Positions 19,701 to 28,777 of a stretch of 64,000 nucleotides of DNA are shown one piece after another. The translations under genes were made by a program, and so were the position numbers. Source of the DNA: Promethearchaeota archaeon. GTDB taxonomy: Archaea > Asgardarchaeota > Lokiarchaeia > Sigyniarchaeales > SOKP01. The stretch covers positions 1 through 64,000 of the forward strand of contig JBHLLT010000004.1 in NCBI GenBank assembly GCA_048938855.1, in the 5' to 3' direction. Positions within the stretch are counted from its first letter, which is position 1. Each line of letters opens with the position of its first letter. Below the pieces are notes generated by a model. It searched no databases and had not been told where the DNA came from. It was given only the letters and a program-made list of their open reading frames with translations.

Positions 19701-20627
19701 CAAATCACTGAGAATATAATAAAAAAATTTGTAGAAGAGAAAACTGGACGGAAAAAGTATGAAATTATTTATGAGGATTTTCTTAATCAAGACCTTAAAA
19801 ATCAAAAAAATCAATTTAGAATAGGAATTGCTCAAATTGGTTTATCAGAATCCCGTGATATTATTACAGAATTTTATGAAGAGAAATCCTCTGGTCTGTT
19901 GGGGCTTAAAAAGGATAAAGTAAATATTGTAAGAAATAAAGTTAAAGAAATGGTGGATAAAGCAAGCAAAAATAAAGTTGATGTTCTAATATTTCCAGAA
20001 ATGACTATAGATTTGAACTATGAAGAACTTTTAGAAGAAATATCAAATCTTGCAAAGAATTATAGTATGTATATAATTCCAGGTTCCTATCACGACCAAG
20101 AAACAAATCAAAATATTTGTATGGTTATCTCCCCTGACAAAATTCTATGGAAACAAGAAAAACACATACCTGCTATAATTCACTTTAAAGAAGAAAAGTT
20201 TAAAGAAGCTATAGAAACCACGTTAAAACCTCGAAAAATAGTAGTTTGTAATACTGAATATGGAAGAATTGCTATCGCTATATGTCGAGACTTTTTAGAT
20301 ATGGATTTGAGAGTAGAATTGAAAAATTTTGAACCACCAGTTGATATTGTAATTAACCCTGCGTTTACTCCTGTCACTGCTGATTTTAAAGCAATACACT
20401 TCGATGCTCGTAGATCTATATATGCTTACTGTTTTTTTGCTAATGTTGCTGAATTTGGCGATTCTTTAATCTATACCCCCGAGAAAGATCGTAATGAGAT
20501 AAATATACCCGCAAAAAAAGAGGGTTTGATTTTTAAAGATATAGATCTTTTTAGGTTGCGTTCAGAGCGCAAAAAATGGGAAAAAGAGCAAAAAGAAGGA
20601 TTACAATTTATCCAAAGTACAAGATAG
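16794..20627 (+). CDS. TPR/alpha-solenoid protein fused to a C-terminal carbon-nitrogen hydrolase (nitrilase) domain
   Basis: About 950 aa of TPR-like helices (AAKYYKKLGYAY, SANYYEKAREIY, AAEHFGKAA), then RIGIAQ, LIFPEM, IIPGSYH, QEKH, AIAICRDF, ANVAEFGDS (Glu-Lys-Cys triad). Confidence 0.85.
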   Translation: MTKLTLEEDLAEEALLKENTYNWKEAAKLYAQVADAFLDEESFEKAAKYYKKLGYAYAKASHTVDTPEDFKNVSNMANNAYKNALNLFNQIEKTPENLECEAEIFKIKGLFANSKVEGKEYYKKSYELFVKSSEIYRNVDNQKSTIRILSNAIESIFHLILCCTEQEEIENFIQKGVKISQEAWVIANKVNNYDLLAESLSFLGHLNFLYAFVMPIKRDVDFKEHLNDCLSREDIIVKLIQEGSAPNLIAVDNFFAGSSYAGFAIQFVEDAIKQKEYGDKGITLMEVGLKNIKKFKDKRSIITGIFFLNYLATSLRRFDYVQKRIWQDMHTLLEMGKIYENALIEPYFFRTILPAFYYNNLAQRSFIKPDQQKKYAELAIQYAKESLEIFSFLPMLTWSYQALTWSYSKLAYLTNIQDEQNENIDKMINYAKKAENLSKKYKGGFTVAAGYSSLFKAYKTQADLSKKLPKKIEMLKLAIEAHKNYLGNEVESPTGTIAAQIRLGLLYQELGILTQQIKIFERARDAFILAEQESKKRKFFYYTATSYEYLAHIEDRIGNYSDSANYYEKAREIYQNLLDSVEFKPLRKNIIEKFDYTNAWNLIEKAKSFHRNQEHLLAKESYQRASEIQKNMPKFNFESYYYKAWALLEEAEHFSKQEKQIETIDKYKESQIAFERTIDLLVENSKSITSRDVRDRIEKLEKVAKLRINYCSAKINLEKGRILGKQGEHLKAAEHFGKAASQFRNVCTRYKIEKEKKDLEAVYYLCRAWENMELAENYLEPERYAEAADLFLKASQIFHDNKLKLLASGNSAFCHALKLGCKFDESYDSEVKVKLYPKIKTMLRGAATSYEKGGFKNGSDWAIATSTYFDGIWHIIKADEEMELKEKENLLKLGKEILRSTADLFSRAGYEEKQDEVLNRIELIEKEEKILFSALNSIKKPEISGSTTGIIAPACPIEISQSPRLSEVRQITENIIKKFVEEKTGRKKYEIIYEDFLNQDLKNQKNQFRIGIAQIGLSESRDIITEFYEEKSSGLLGLKKDKVNIVRNKVKEMVDKASKNKVDVLIFPEMTIDLNYEELLEEISNLAKNYSMYIIPGSYHDQETNQNICMVISPDKILWKQEKHIPAIIHFKEEKFKEAIETTLKPRKIVVCNTEYGRIAIAICRDFLDMDLRVELKNFEPPVDIVINPAFTPVTADFKAIHFDARRSIYAYCFFANVAEFGDSLIYTPEKDRNEINIPAKKEGLIFKDIDLFRLRSERKKWEKEQKEGLQFIQSTR

Positions 20628-20711
20628 TTAAAATTCCTTCTAAATCTTTAAATCATTTTAAAGATAATAAAGAATTAATTTTGAATAAAAATTAATAAAG
20701 AGTTTTTTTTA

Positions 20712-21527
20712 ATGAGCAAGGGATTTAAATTACTTCGCATTGAATATATTTTTTCTGTAATAATTCCTTGTTTATTAGCGATTTATTTGAATGATTATGA
20801 TATTACGGCAAATCTATGGATTTTAGCAGGTTTTGGATTTTATGCTATCACAGGAAACACTCTCAATGATGTGATAGACATGAAAGATCCTAATGAAAAA
20901 GAGACATTAGAACGGGTTAAAGGATACACTAGGAAAGAAATCTTAGTTCTAGCTATTGCAAGTTTTTTATTAGGAACTATGTGTTTTATGAATACTATCT
21001 TAATTAATCCTATTTTAGGGGTTTATTTAGCGCTTATAGTATTTATGGTAATATTCTATTGTTTATTCAAATCTCTTCTAATTATTAATCATATTATACT
21101 TGGAGTTTCACATATAATTCTACCATACTTTATGATAAAAATTAATGGTGGGGATGTTTTTATGAATATCCTACCCTTAATGGGATTAAATGAATCTTTA
21201 ATATTAGCAGCTATAACAGCCGTAGCATTTACAGGACAAATGGTACATGAAATGATTGATGGAGATTCGTTAGCTAGATTAAGCCCTAAAAAATCTCAAT
21301 TAGTTATTTTGATTGCTTGTATTATTTCATTGAGTATAGCTATAATCTCATTGATTATTACACAGAATTTAATATTCCTACCAATAGTATTTTTCCCTTT
21401 AGGTATAATGTATGTATTTAGAACACCTCGAAGTAACTTATTAGGAAGAACATCACTAAAAGACATAGGAATTATATTAGGAAATCTTATGATGATTTAT
21501 CTATTAATATTAATTATCGCTCCATAA
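20712..21527 (+). CDS. UbiA-family prenyltransferase
   Basis: GNTLNDVIDMKD Asp-rich motif, second HEMIDGD motif, multiple TM helices. Confidence 0.75.
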   Translation: MSKGFKLLRIEYIFSVIIPCLLAIYLNDYDITANLWILAGFGFYAITGNTLNDVIDMKDPNEKETLERVKGYTRKEILVLAIASFLLGTMCFMNTILINPILGVYLALIVFMVIFYCLFKSLLIINHIILGVSHIILPYFMIKINGGDVFMNILPLMGLNESLILAAITAVAFTGQMVHEMIDGDSLARLSPKKSQLVILIACIISLSIAIISLIITQNLIFLPIVFFPLGIMYVFRTPRSNLLGRTSLKDIGIILGNLMMIYLLILIIAP

Positions 21528-21641
21528 ACAACAGTGATATACTTCATGTTGATTCAAAGATTTATATTTATTCCAGTAGATATTAAATAAAGTGATTTTT
21601 CTTTCAAAACAATTAAAAATAAGGCTTGGTTTGCTCTAAAA

Positions 21642-21974
21642 ATGACTAATATTGAACTCATTGATATTTCATTCTTTACTACTTTCAATAGGGAAGCATG
21701 TAATTTGTGCGGAGAATGTTTTCATAAATGCCCAGTAATACTACTTCCTGCTGAACTCGCTAGTGAAGAGATGAAGAGGCTAATAGCCGGGGATGATACT
21801 CAAAAAGTTTTAGAATTGTGTCAAAGTTGTTTTTCATGTAATTTCTATTGCCCTAAAAATGCTCATCCCGCGAGATTATTAAAAGCCATAAGATATATAT
21901 TGAATTTTCTTAAAATGAAATTAATATTTACCAAAACTTTTCATTTATTACGAATTATCTTTAAATCTAAATAA
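21642..21974 (+). pseudogene. Truncated HdrC/GlcF-like Fe-S oxidoreductase (N-terminal 2x[4Fe-4S] only)
   Basis: CNLCGECFHKCP and CQSCFSCNFYCP, then an abrupt change after NAHPA to an AT-rich, low-information tail; no CCG domain. Confidence 0.6.
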
Positions 21975-21997
21975 AATAACATTAGTGGGTATTAAAT

Positions 21998-22279
21998 ATG
22001 TTTGTGCATATGTCAATCCATTATCCTAAACCAGAAAAGGAAAAATTCCTCATCGAATCAATGCATCGCTTTGGAAAAGCAATGGAAGGATTAAAAGGTT
22101 ATATTATGGCACATACAACCAAAGATGAAGATACAGGCCGTTTAGTTGGTCTTGCTATTTGGAAATCAAAAGAAGATTGGGTGGCTGCAAGAAAAAAAAT
22201 GGTAGAAGCTGTTAAAGATGATCCTTTTGAAGATTGGGAGGAAAAACCTCCGGATGTTTATCATCTATCAAAAGTATAA
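21998..22279 (+). CDS. Antibiotic biosynthesis monooxygenase (ABM)-family protein
   Basis: 93 aa; PKPEKEKFL...GY...LVGLAIWKSKEDW ferredoxin-like dimeric barrel pattern. Confidence 0.8.
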   Translation: MFVHMSIHYPKPEKEKFLIESMHRFGKAMEGLKGYIMAHTTKDEDTGRLVGLAIWKSKEDWVAARKKMVEAVKDDPFEDWEEKPPDVYHLSKV

Positions 22280-22290
22280 AATGATAAAAT

Positions 22291-23343
22291 ATGGATTTTA
22301 TCGATCCGAAATTTCAAAAAATAGCAAAATATCAAAAAAGGGTTAGTGAAAATACTTCCCAATGCTTAACTTGTGAACGCAGATGCAAAATTTCAGAGGG
22401 AAATTCTGGTTTTTGTCGCACGAGGATTAATTATAATGGAAAAATTTATAGTATTGTTTATGGCTTAATCCCAGCTTTGTCATTCAATCCAATTGAAAAG
22501 AAACCTTTATATCATTTTTATCCAGGAAGTACTACAATAACAATTGGGACATATGGTTGTAATTTTGATTGTTTTTGGTGTCAAAATTATCACTTATCTA
22601 AGACAAATCCTTTAAAAAGTCACAAGATTTCCTCATCTGAGATATTTCTTTCTCCTAAGAATCTTATAGAGATTGCATTAAAAAGAGAATGTCAAGGAAC
22701 TTCAATATCCTTTAACGAGCCTACATTACTGTTTGAATATTCTTTAGAAGTTTTCAAGGTAGCAAAAGAGAATGATTTATACAATACTTATGTTACAAAT
22801 GGATATATGACAAAGAATGTTTTAACGGATTTAATAGATGCAGGTCTTAATGCTATGAATATAGATATTAAAGGAGATTTTAATATGGTTCAGAAATATT
22901 GCGGTGCTAATGTAGAATTTGTATGGAGAAATGCCAAACTAGCAAAGGAGTTAGGAGTTCATATTGAAATTACAACACTTTTGATACAAGGTTTTAATTC
23001 CAAAAATGAGAATGTCAGGCAAATAGCTCAAAGAATTTATGATGAATTAGGTGAACTTACTCCCTATCATATAAGTCGATTCTTTCCTCATTATAAATCG
23101 AGTGATTATGAGTTAATAGAGCCAACACCGATAGAATCTTTATATAATGCATATAATACAGCAAAAGATGTTGGTTTAAAATATGTGTATCTTGGAAATA
23201 TGCCTACTACTGAATTTGATAATACACATTGCCCAAAATGCTCCAAACTAGTCATAAAAAGAAAAATCTTGGGGCTCAAAGAATCTTTTTTAGATTCTAA
23301 AGGAAATTGCAAATATTGTGGATTTCCAATTACTGTTGGTTAG
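22291..23343 (+). CDS. amrS: AmmeMemoRadiSam system radical SAM enzyme
   Basis: CLTCERRC...GFCRTR, PIEKKPLYHFYPG, GCNFDCFWCQN, NEPT, SRFFPHY, GLKYVYLGN, C-terminal CPKC/CKYC. Confidence 0.92.
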   Translation: MDFIDPKFQKIAKYQKRVSENTSQCLTCERRCKISEGNSGFCRTRINYNGKIYSIVYGLIPALSFNPIEKKPLYHFYPGSTTITIGTYGCNFDCFWCQNYHLSKTNPLKSHKISSSEIFLSPKNLIEIALKRECQGTSISFNEPTLLFEYSLEVFKVAKENDLYNTYVTNGYMTKNVLTDLIDAGLNAMNIDIKGDFNMVQKYCGANVEFVWRNAKLAKELGVHIEITTLLIQGFNSKNENVRQIAQRIYDELGELTPYHISRFFPHYKSSDYELIEPTPIESLYNAYNTAKDVGLKYVYLGNMPTTEFDNTHCPKCSKLVIKRKILGLKESFLDSKGNCKYCGFPITVG

Positions 23344-23483
23344 CCCTTAGGTTTTACATGTACATTAAAAATTGACTTTATTTCCAAATCTAAAATAACC
23401 TTTTAAAATGAGACAAAAAATATATAGTGTTGATACTATTTGAACTCCAGAAAAAGAACAAATTAGAAAAATTATTTAATTAT

Positions 23484-24398
23484 ATGCCATTCCCGCATTA
23501 TCATCTTGGCCCTGCATTATTTTTTGGGATCCTTTTTCTTAGGTTTCTTGATTTACCTACGTTTGTTTTAGCCAATGTTATCGTAGACCTTGAACCCTTT
23601 TTTGTATTTTCTTTAGGTTTAAACATCCCACATCATGGTTTTGTTCATACCTTTCTTGGAGGTGCCTTAGTTGCTCTTATTCTTAGCGGGATAATGTTTT
23701 TGACAAGGAACCTGCTTAATCCTGTTGTGTCATTTTTTAAACTTGATCAAGAAAGATCTTATATAAAAATCTTAATGGCCTCTATATTTGGTATCTATCT
23801 CCATATTTTACTTGATGCTCCAACACACCCTAATATGCAACCTTTCTATCCTCTTGATATAAATCCTTTCTATGATCCTTGGCATAATTTAGGATTTTCA
23901 ATACCAAATCTCTGTGAACTCTTATTCCTCGCTGGTTTAAGTGCATATATGATAAGACTGGTATTATATTATTGGAGAAGAAAGCTGAGAAGGATATATC
24001 TAAATCCTACTTATAAATTCAGGCAGAGAGGCATTAGTTTAGTATTTCCGGCAATGTTTTTTGTACTCATGGGATTAAATGAGATATTTATTTTGTATAA
24101 TGAAATTAGAGTAATAATTACAATTGTATTAATAATCTTACTTCCAATTATGATTATTGCATTCACAATTGATTTTATTAGTATTATTGAGGCTATTCAG
24201 AAAAGTAGAAAACTAAAATTAATTAGATTACAAAACTGGAATCATAATTGCATTAAGTGTGGGACTAGTATCACATTGAAAGAAAAAGATTGTAACCAAT
24301 GTGGAGCAGAAAATCTAACAAGAAAGTTAGTTCTACAGAGTTTAAAGAACCAAGGAAAAGTGATACATATGACTCAAACCAAAATTTTAGACAAATAG
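23484..24398 (+). CDS. Membrane-bound metal-dependent hydrolase (YdjM/DUF4184-like) with extra TM helices and C-terminal Zn ribbon
   Basis: MPFPHYHLGP, NVIVDLEP, HGFVHT, LHILLDA, PFYP; CIKC...CNQC tail. ATG 23484 is the likely start. Confidence 0.8.
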   Translation: MPFPHYHLGPALFFGILFLRFLDLPTFVLANVIVDLEPFFVFSLGLNIPHHGFVHTFLGGALVALILSGIMFLTRNLLNPVVSFFKLDQERSYIKILMASIFGIYLHILLDAPTHPNMQPFYPLDINPFYDPWHNLGFSIPNLCELLFLAGLSAYMIRLVLYYWRRKLRRIYLNPTYKFRQRGISLVFPAMFFVLMGLNEIFILYNEIRVIITIVLIILLPIMIIAFTIDFISIIEAIQKSRKLKLIRLQNWNHNCIKCGTSITLKEKDCNQCGAENLTRKLVLQSLKNQGKVIHMTQTKILDK

Positions 24399-24574
24399 TA
24401 TTAAGTATTTAAAAAGAAATTGTAAAGTTTACAGATTAAAAATTAGTTTTGTCATTTTTTTTTAATGACTTTTTTTTTTTTACTAATTCGATTAGGTTGT
24501 AGTTTTTAATTAGCATTATGAAAATATTATAAAAAGTGCAAAAATTCAGAAAACATTTTTTATAGGTTAAAAAA

Positions 24575-24691
24575 ATGGCGAAAAAACCATCAATTAATAA
24601 GACAGCGACTTCAAAAACAGCTTCTAAAAATCCAACTCAACTTGCAACATCAACCGCAAAATCCCCTACAAAAAAATTTTTCTTAAATTAA
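24575..24691 (+). CDS. Putative 38-aa basic K/T/S/A/P-rich peptide (below the ORF-track cutoff)
   Basis: ATGGCGAAAAAACCA...TTAAATTAA = MAKKPSINKTATSKTASKNPTQLATSTAKSPTKKFFLN*. AGGT lies just upstream, and the ORF is richer in C than its flanks. Confidence 0.45.
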   Translation: MAKKPSINKTATSKTASKNPTQLATSTAKSPTKKFFLN

Positions 24692-24784
24692 AACCACCAA
24701 AAATAATTAAAAAAATTGTTTAATTTTATCATGTTTCCTACAAGTTTAGAAATCTTATTTTTGATCCATTAATTTAAAGGATTT

Positions 24785-25639
24785 ATGAGTGATTTATTTG
24801 CTGAAAATATCAACGGTATTAAAATTTGCTATGATTTGAAGGGCAAGGGAGAACCAATCGTATTAGTGCATGGGTTCGGTGATAGAAAAGAGCATTGGCG
24901 GGCTCAATATAGAGAATTAGCTGAACATTTTAAAGTAATAAGAGTTGATAATAGAGGCGCTGGAAAGTCAGATAGACCTGAAGGAGTATATACAATGGAG
25001 CTTTTTGCTGATGATATTGCGGCATTACTAGATTATCTCAAAATTCAGAAAACTCACGTAATTGGACATAGTTTAGGGGGAATGATAGTACAAAATTTCG
25101 CTTTAAAATATCCAAATAGGGTTTATAAAATTGTGCTTATAAATACAATAGCAGGAGTAACACCTCCAGAAATCCCACCAGATCAAGGGATTGATATATA
25201 TAGAAAAAATGCAATTGTAGGAATTGAAGCAAGAGAAAAAGACCCTCTCAATGCTTTTCTTAACGGGGCAAAACATAGTTATTCTAGAGCCTTTTGGAAG
25301 CAGATGCGCGAGAACCCAAAAAGAAAATTTCATAATATTTGGTCAGTGGAAGATTTAGTAGAAGAAAAAACTAAATTTGGTCCAACAGAAAAAGATATAA
25401 ATCATCAGGCTGAAGCACTGAGAACTCATAATACATATGGAAAATTGAATGAAATTAAAAATGAGGTTTTAATAATCGCTGCTGATAAAGATAAAACATG
25501 TCCTATGTTAATGAATAAAAAAATTCATGACTTACTTCCTAATAGTAAGTTTGTTGTAATTGAAAACGCAGGACATCAATCAATATTAGAATATCCCAAT
25601 TTAATTAATTCTTATATTATTGATTTTTTAAAATCTTGA
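24785..25639 (+). CDS. Alpha/beta hydrolase
   Basis: VHGFG, DNRGAGKSD, GHSLGG nucleophile elbow, DKD, AGH. Confidence 0.92.
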   Translation: MSDLFAENINGIKICYDLKGKGEPIVLVHGFGDRKEHWRAQYRELAEHFKVIRVDNRGAGKSDRPEGVYTMELFADDIAALLDYLKIQKTHVIGHSLGGMIVQNFALKYPNRVYKIVLINTIAGVTPPEIPPDQGIDIYRKNAIVGIEAREKDPLNAFLNGAKHSYSRAFWKQMRENPKRKFHNIWSVEDLVEEKTKFGPTEKDINHQAEALRTHNTYGKLNEIKNEVLIIAADKDKTCPMLMNKKIHDLLPNSKFVVIENAGHQSILEYPNLINSYIIDFLKS

Positions 25640-25690
25640 TTTATTTTTTGTTATAAATACTTTTTAATTGTAAATATAATTCTTATTGCT

Positions 25691-26527
25691 ATGACAGATT
25701 TATTCGCAGAAATAAATGGTATAAAAATATGTTATGAAATTTTGGGTTCAAATCAACCTGTATTATTAGTACATGGATTTGGTAGTAAGAAAGAAAGTTG
25801 GATTGCTCAATTTAAACCTCTTTCTGAACATTTTAAGGTTATAAGATTTGACAATAGAGGTGCTGGGAAATCTGACAGACCCAAAGGAGATTATTCAATG
25901 GAACTATTTGCAGATGATATTGCGGCATTATTAGATTATCTTAAAATTGAAAAAATTCACATTGTTGGCTGGAGTCTTGGGGGAATGATCGTTCAGAATT
26001 TTGTCTTAAAATATCCTCATCGGGTAATTAAAATTGTTCTAATCAATACAAATTATGGTACTCCTGATGAATCTGGACCTATTGCATATAAAAATATGCG
26101 ATTGGCAGACTTAAAAGCAACAAAGGAAGATCCTGAAAAAGCATTTTGGCAATCAAGACGAACAAGTTTTTATATAAAATTCAGAAAACAAATGGAAGCT
26201 GAACCCTCTAAAAAATGGTATGGTTTATGGTCAGCAGAAGATTTAATGAAAGAACGATTAATTGATCCACCAACTGTGAAAGATATTGAATTTCAGGCTC
26301 AAGCTCTTAATACTCATAATACATTTGAAAGATTAAGTGAAATCAAAAATAAAACATTATTAATTACTTCTACTCATGATCGAGTTACACCGCAATCGGT
26401 TATGGAAGAAATGCATGAAAGAATTCCAAATAGTACCCTTAAAGTTATGGATAAATCGGGGCATGATTCTCCTTTATCAAGAGCGCCAGAAATCAATAGG
26501 ATGATTATCGATTTCTTTAAAAACTGA
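25691..26527 (+). CDS. Alpha/beta hydrolase (tandem paralog)
   Basis: VHGFG, DNRGAGKSD, GWSLGG, HDR, SGH; N-terminal half nearly identical to the preceding gene. Confidence 0.92.
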   Translation: MTDLFAEINGIKICYEILGSNQPVLLVHGFGSKKESWIAQFKPLSEHFKVIRFDNRGAGKSDRPKGDYSMELFADDIAALLDYLKIEKIHIVGWSLGGMIVQNFVLKYPHRVIKIVLINTNYGTPDESGPIAYKNMRLADLKATKEDPEKAFWQSRRTSFYIKFRKQMEAEPSKKWYGLWSAEDLMKERLIDPPTVKDIEFQAQALNTHNTFERLSEIKNKTLLITSTHDRVTPQSVMEEMHERIPNSTLKVMDKSGHDSPLSRAPEINRMIIDFFKN

Positions 26528-26608
26528 TCAATTTTGTTGTATAGATGTTAATTTTAAATGGGATTCTTTATTTCCCCTAATACGAATAGGATTATATTTT
26601 AAAGGAAA

Positions 26609-27895
26609 ATGAAGCAAAATTCTACCAAACTCTTAAAAACAGCAAATAATGGAAAATCTTTTAGGGGAAAATATCCTGAATTATTAGCTTTATGGACGGG
26701 GCTCTTTGTTGATATCTTAGGATTTTATATAATAATTCCATATTTACCATCTCTTATTGTTGTATTTAATACTACACCAATAATTATTGGTGTTCTTTTA
26801 GCTACAAATGCTATTTTTTCACTCTTTTCTGCCCCTATATGGGGAAGATTAAGTGATAAATTTGGTAGAAGACCAATGCTCCTACTCGCTGAAGCTGGAA
26901 CATGTTCAGCTTTCTTAATCTTAGCATTCTCAAACTCTTTAACACTACTTTTTATTGCTAGAATTGTTGATGGAATTTTTGGTGGAAATTATCCAATTAC
27001 AAAAGCTATCATCACTGATAGAGTTCCTCCTAAAGATCGAGGAATTCAGATGACAAATATAGGAGTTGCACATACTTTAGCGGGATTAGTTGCACCAGGG
27101 TTAGGTGGATTTTTATCCATATTTCTTATTTTTGGTCCTGATTATCCACTCGCCCTTCCTGGTTTGATTTCAGCTTGTTTTTCTTTTCTAACAATCATCA
27201 TTACATATTTTTTTATTAAAGAATCTTGGCCAAAATCAAGACGAGAGTTAGCAGAAAAACATATCAAAGTTAAATTTAAATTAAGAAAAAATAAGAATGC
27301 ATTATATTTATTAACTCAATTTGCATTCCATACATTTTCATTCATTATGTATGTTTCAACTTTATCAATTTTTATTGGATTAATCTTGGGACTTGACACT
27401 GTTGGAGTCAGTATACTACTAACAATTTCAGGTATATCACGTGCTATAGTTCGTTTTACGCTCCTTAAACCTACTATGAAATTATTAGGAGAAAAAAAAA
27501 CTAAAATATTTGGTTTAACAATCTTGGTTGTGTCATTTATACTTGTAGGGATATTTGGCACTTTTTATAAAGAGATTTGGGTATTTATCTTATTAATAGT
27601 CTTAATTAGTTATGGTGTATCGTGTGCAAGAGGACTCATGATGAGTAAAGTGACTGAAACTGTCTCTCCAAAAGAAATTGGTAAAATAAATGGTTACACT
27701 TCAACATTAGACAGTCTTGCTCAAACTTTTGGGCCAATTTTGGCAAGCTTTTTAATCCAAGAATTTGATCCTTATTTATTCGGCTTAATTATGAGTATAT
27801 TTGGAACTATAGCATTAGCAATGGCTTTTAAAAACATTGTTATCTATAGAGAAAAAAGACAATTAGAAGAATTTGAATTATCAGAACAACAATAG
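26609..27895 (+). CDS. MFS transporter (TetA/DHA1-like)
   Basis: WGRLSDKFGRRP motif A, ARIVDGIFGG, about 12 TM helices. Confidence 0.92.
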   Translation: MKQNSTKLLKTANNGKSFRGKYPELLALWTGLFVDILGFYIIIPYLPSLIVVFNTTPIIIGVLLATNAIFSLFSAPIWGRLSDKFGRRPMLLLAEAGTCSAFLILAFSNSLTLLFIARIVDGIFGGNYPITKAIITDRVPPKDRGIQMTNIGVAHTLAGLVAPGLGGFLSIFLIFGPDYPLALPGLISACFSFLTIIITYFFIKESWPKSRRELAEKHIKVKFKLRKNKNALYLLTQFAFHTFSFIMYVSTLSIFIGLILGLDTVGVSILLTISGISRAIVRFTLLKPTMKLLGEKKTKIFGLTILVVSFILVGIFGTFYKEIWVFILLIVLISYGVSCARGLMMSKVTETVSPKEIGKINGYTSTLDSLAQTFGPILASFLIQEFDPYLFGLIMSIFGTIALAMAFKNIVIYREKRQLEEFELSEQQ

Positions 27896-27953
27896 ATAAA
27901 TTCTACTGTTAGAAATAAATAGCTTTTTATAATACTCCAATAATTATAATATT

Positions 27954-28757
27954 ATGAACCCAGATAAACCAAATAAAGGAAGCGATTTATCTTTTGAAGA
28001 ACAGCTAGAAAAAACAGTTGAATTGCCTGCTTTAGACTTTTTTAAAATCAATTTCATTAGTTTTTTAATACCCCTTTATGTATGCTTAGGCCTCTTTTTG
28101 CTATTTGAATATGGTTTCATTAATCTTTTCTCAATACCTTCAATTATTCATTTAATTGCATTACCTGTAGTGTTCTTCATCCTATATTATATTTATCTTA
28201 TCATATTAATTGAATTTACCGCATTATGGGCACGAAGATGGAATAAGAAATCTCCACCTAAACAAGGGGTATTTAAGCGCGTGCTTGATGATGTGAATAG
28301 TGAAGAGGGTCAATTGATGAAATATTACCATAAGAGAGGATTTATTATTAAATTTCCTATGTGGTTAACTTCAAAATCACCTTTTCCATGGCTAATTAAC
28401 CGAACTCTTCGAAGAATTAGTCATAATAAAATTGGCAATAATGTAATTTATAATGATGCGTATGTAGGTTTGGAATTCACTGATATTGGTGATAACACTT
28501 TTTTTTATCCGACTACAGGACTCTCTAGCCATGCGGTAAATACCATATTTGGTAAAATCACGATGCTTGAAATAAGAATCGGTAAAAATAATACATTTTA
28601 TCCCGGAACAATAATGGGATGTGGAGCTCTGACTACTGATGATAATGTCATTTATCCTAATACTGTTTTACATAAAAATTGGAGAGGAAGACTAGGAAAG
28701 TATTATTATCAAGGAAGTCCAGGACGCCCTCTTAATTTAAATGAAAATTATGATTAA
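27954..28757 (+). CDS. Membrane-anchored hexapeptide-repeat (left-handed beta-helix) acyltransferase-like protein
   Basis: Two TM helices, PKQGVF, then KIGNN, DIGDNT, RIGKNN repeats and a YYQGSPGR end. Confidence 0.7.
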   Translation: MNPDKPNKGSDLSFEEQLEKTVELPALDFFKINFISFLIPLYVCLGLFLLFEYGFINLFSIPSIIHLIALPVVFFILYYIYLIILIEFTALWARRWNKKSPPKQGVFKRVLDDVNSEEGQLMKYYHKRGFIIKFPMWLTSKSPFPWLINRTLRRISHNKIGNNVIYNDAYVGLEFTDIGDNTFFYPTTGLSSHAVNTIFGKITMLEIRIGKNNTFYPGTIMGCGALTTDDNVIYPNTVLHKNWRGRLGKYYYQGSPGRPLNLNENYD

Positions 28758-28777
28758 GTGTTAATCTTGATCTATTT

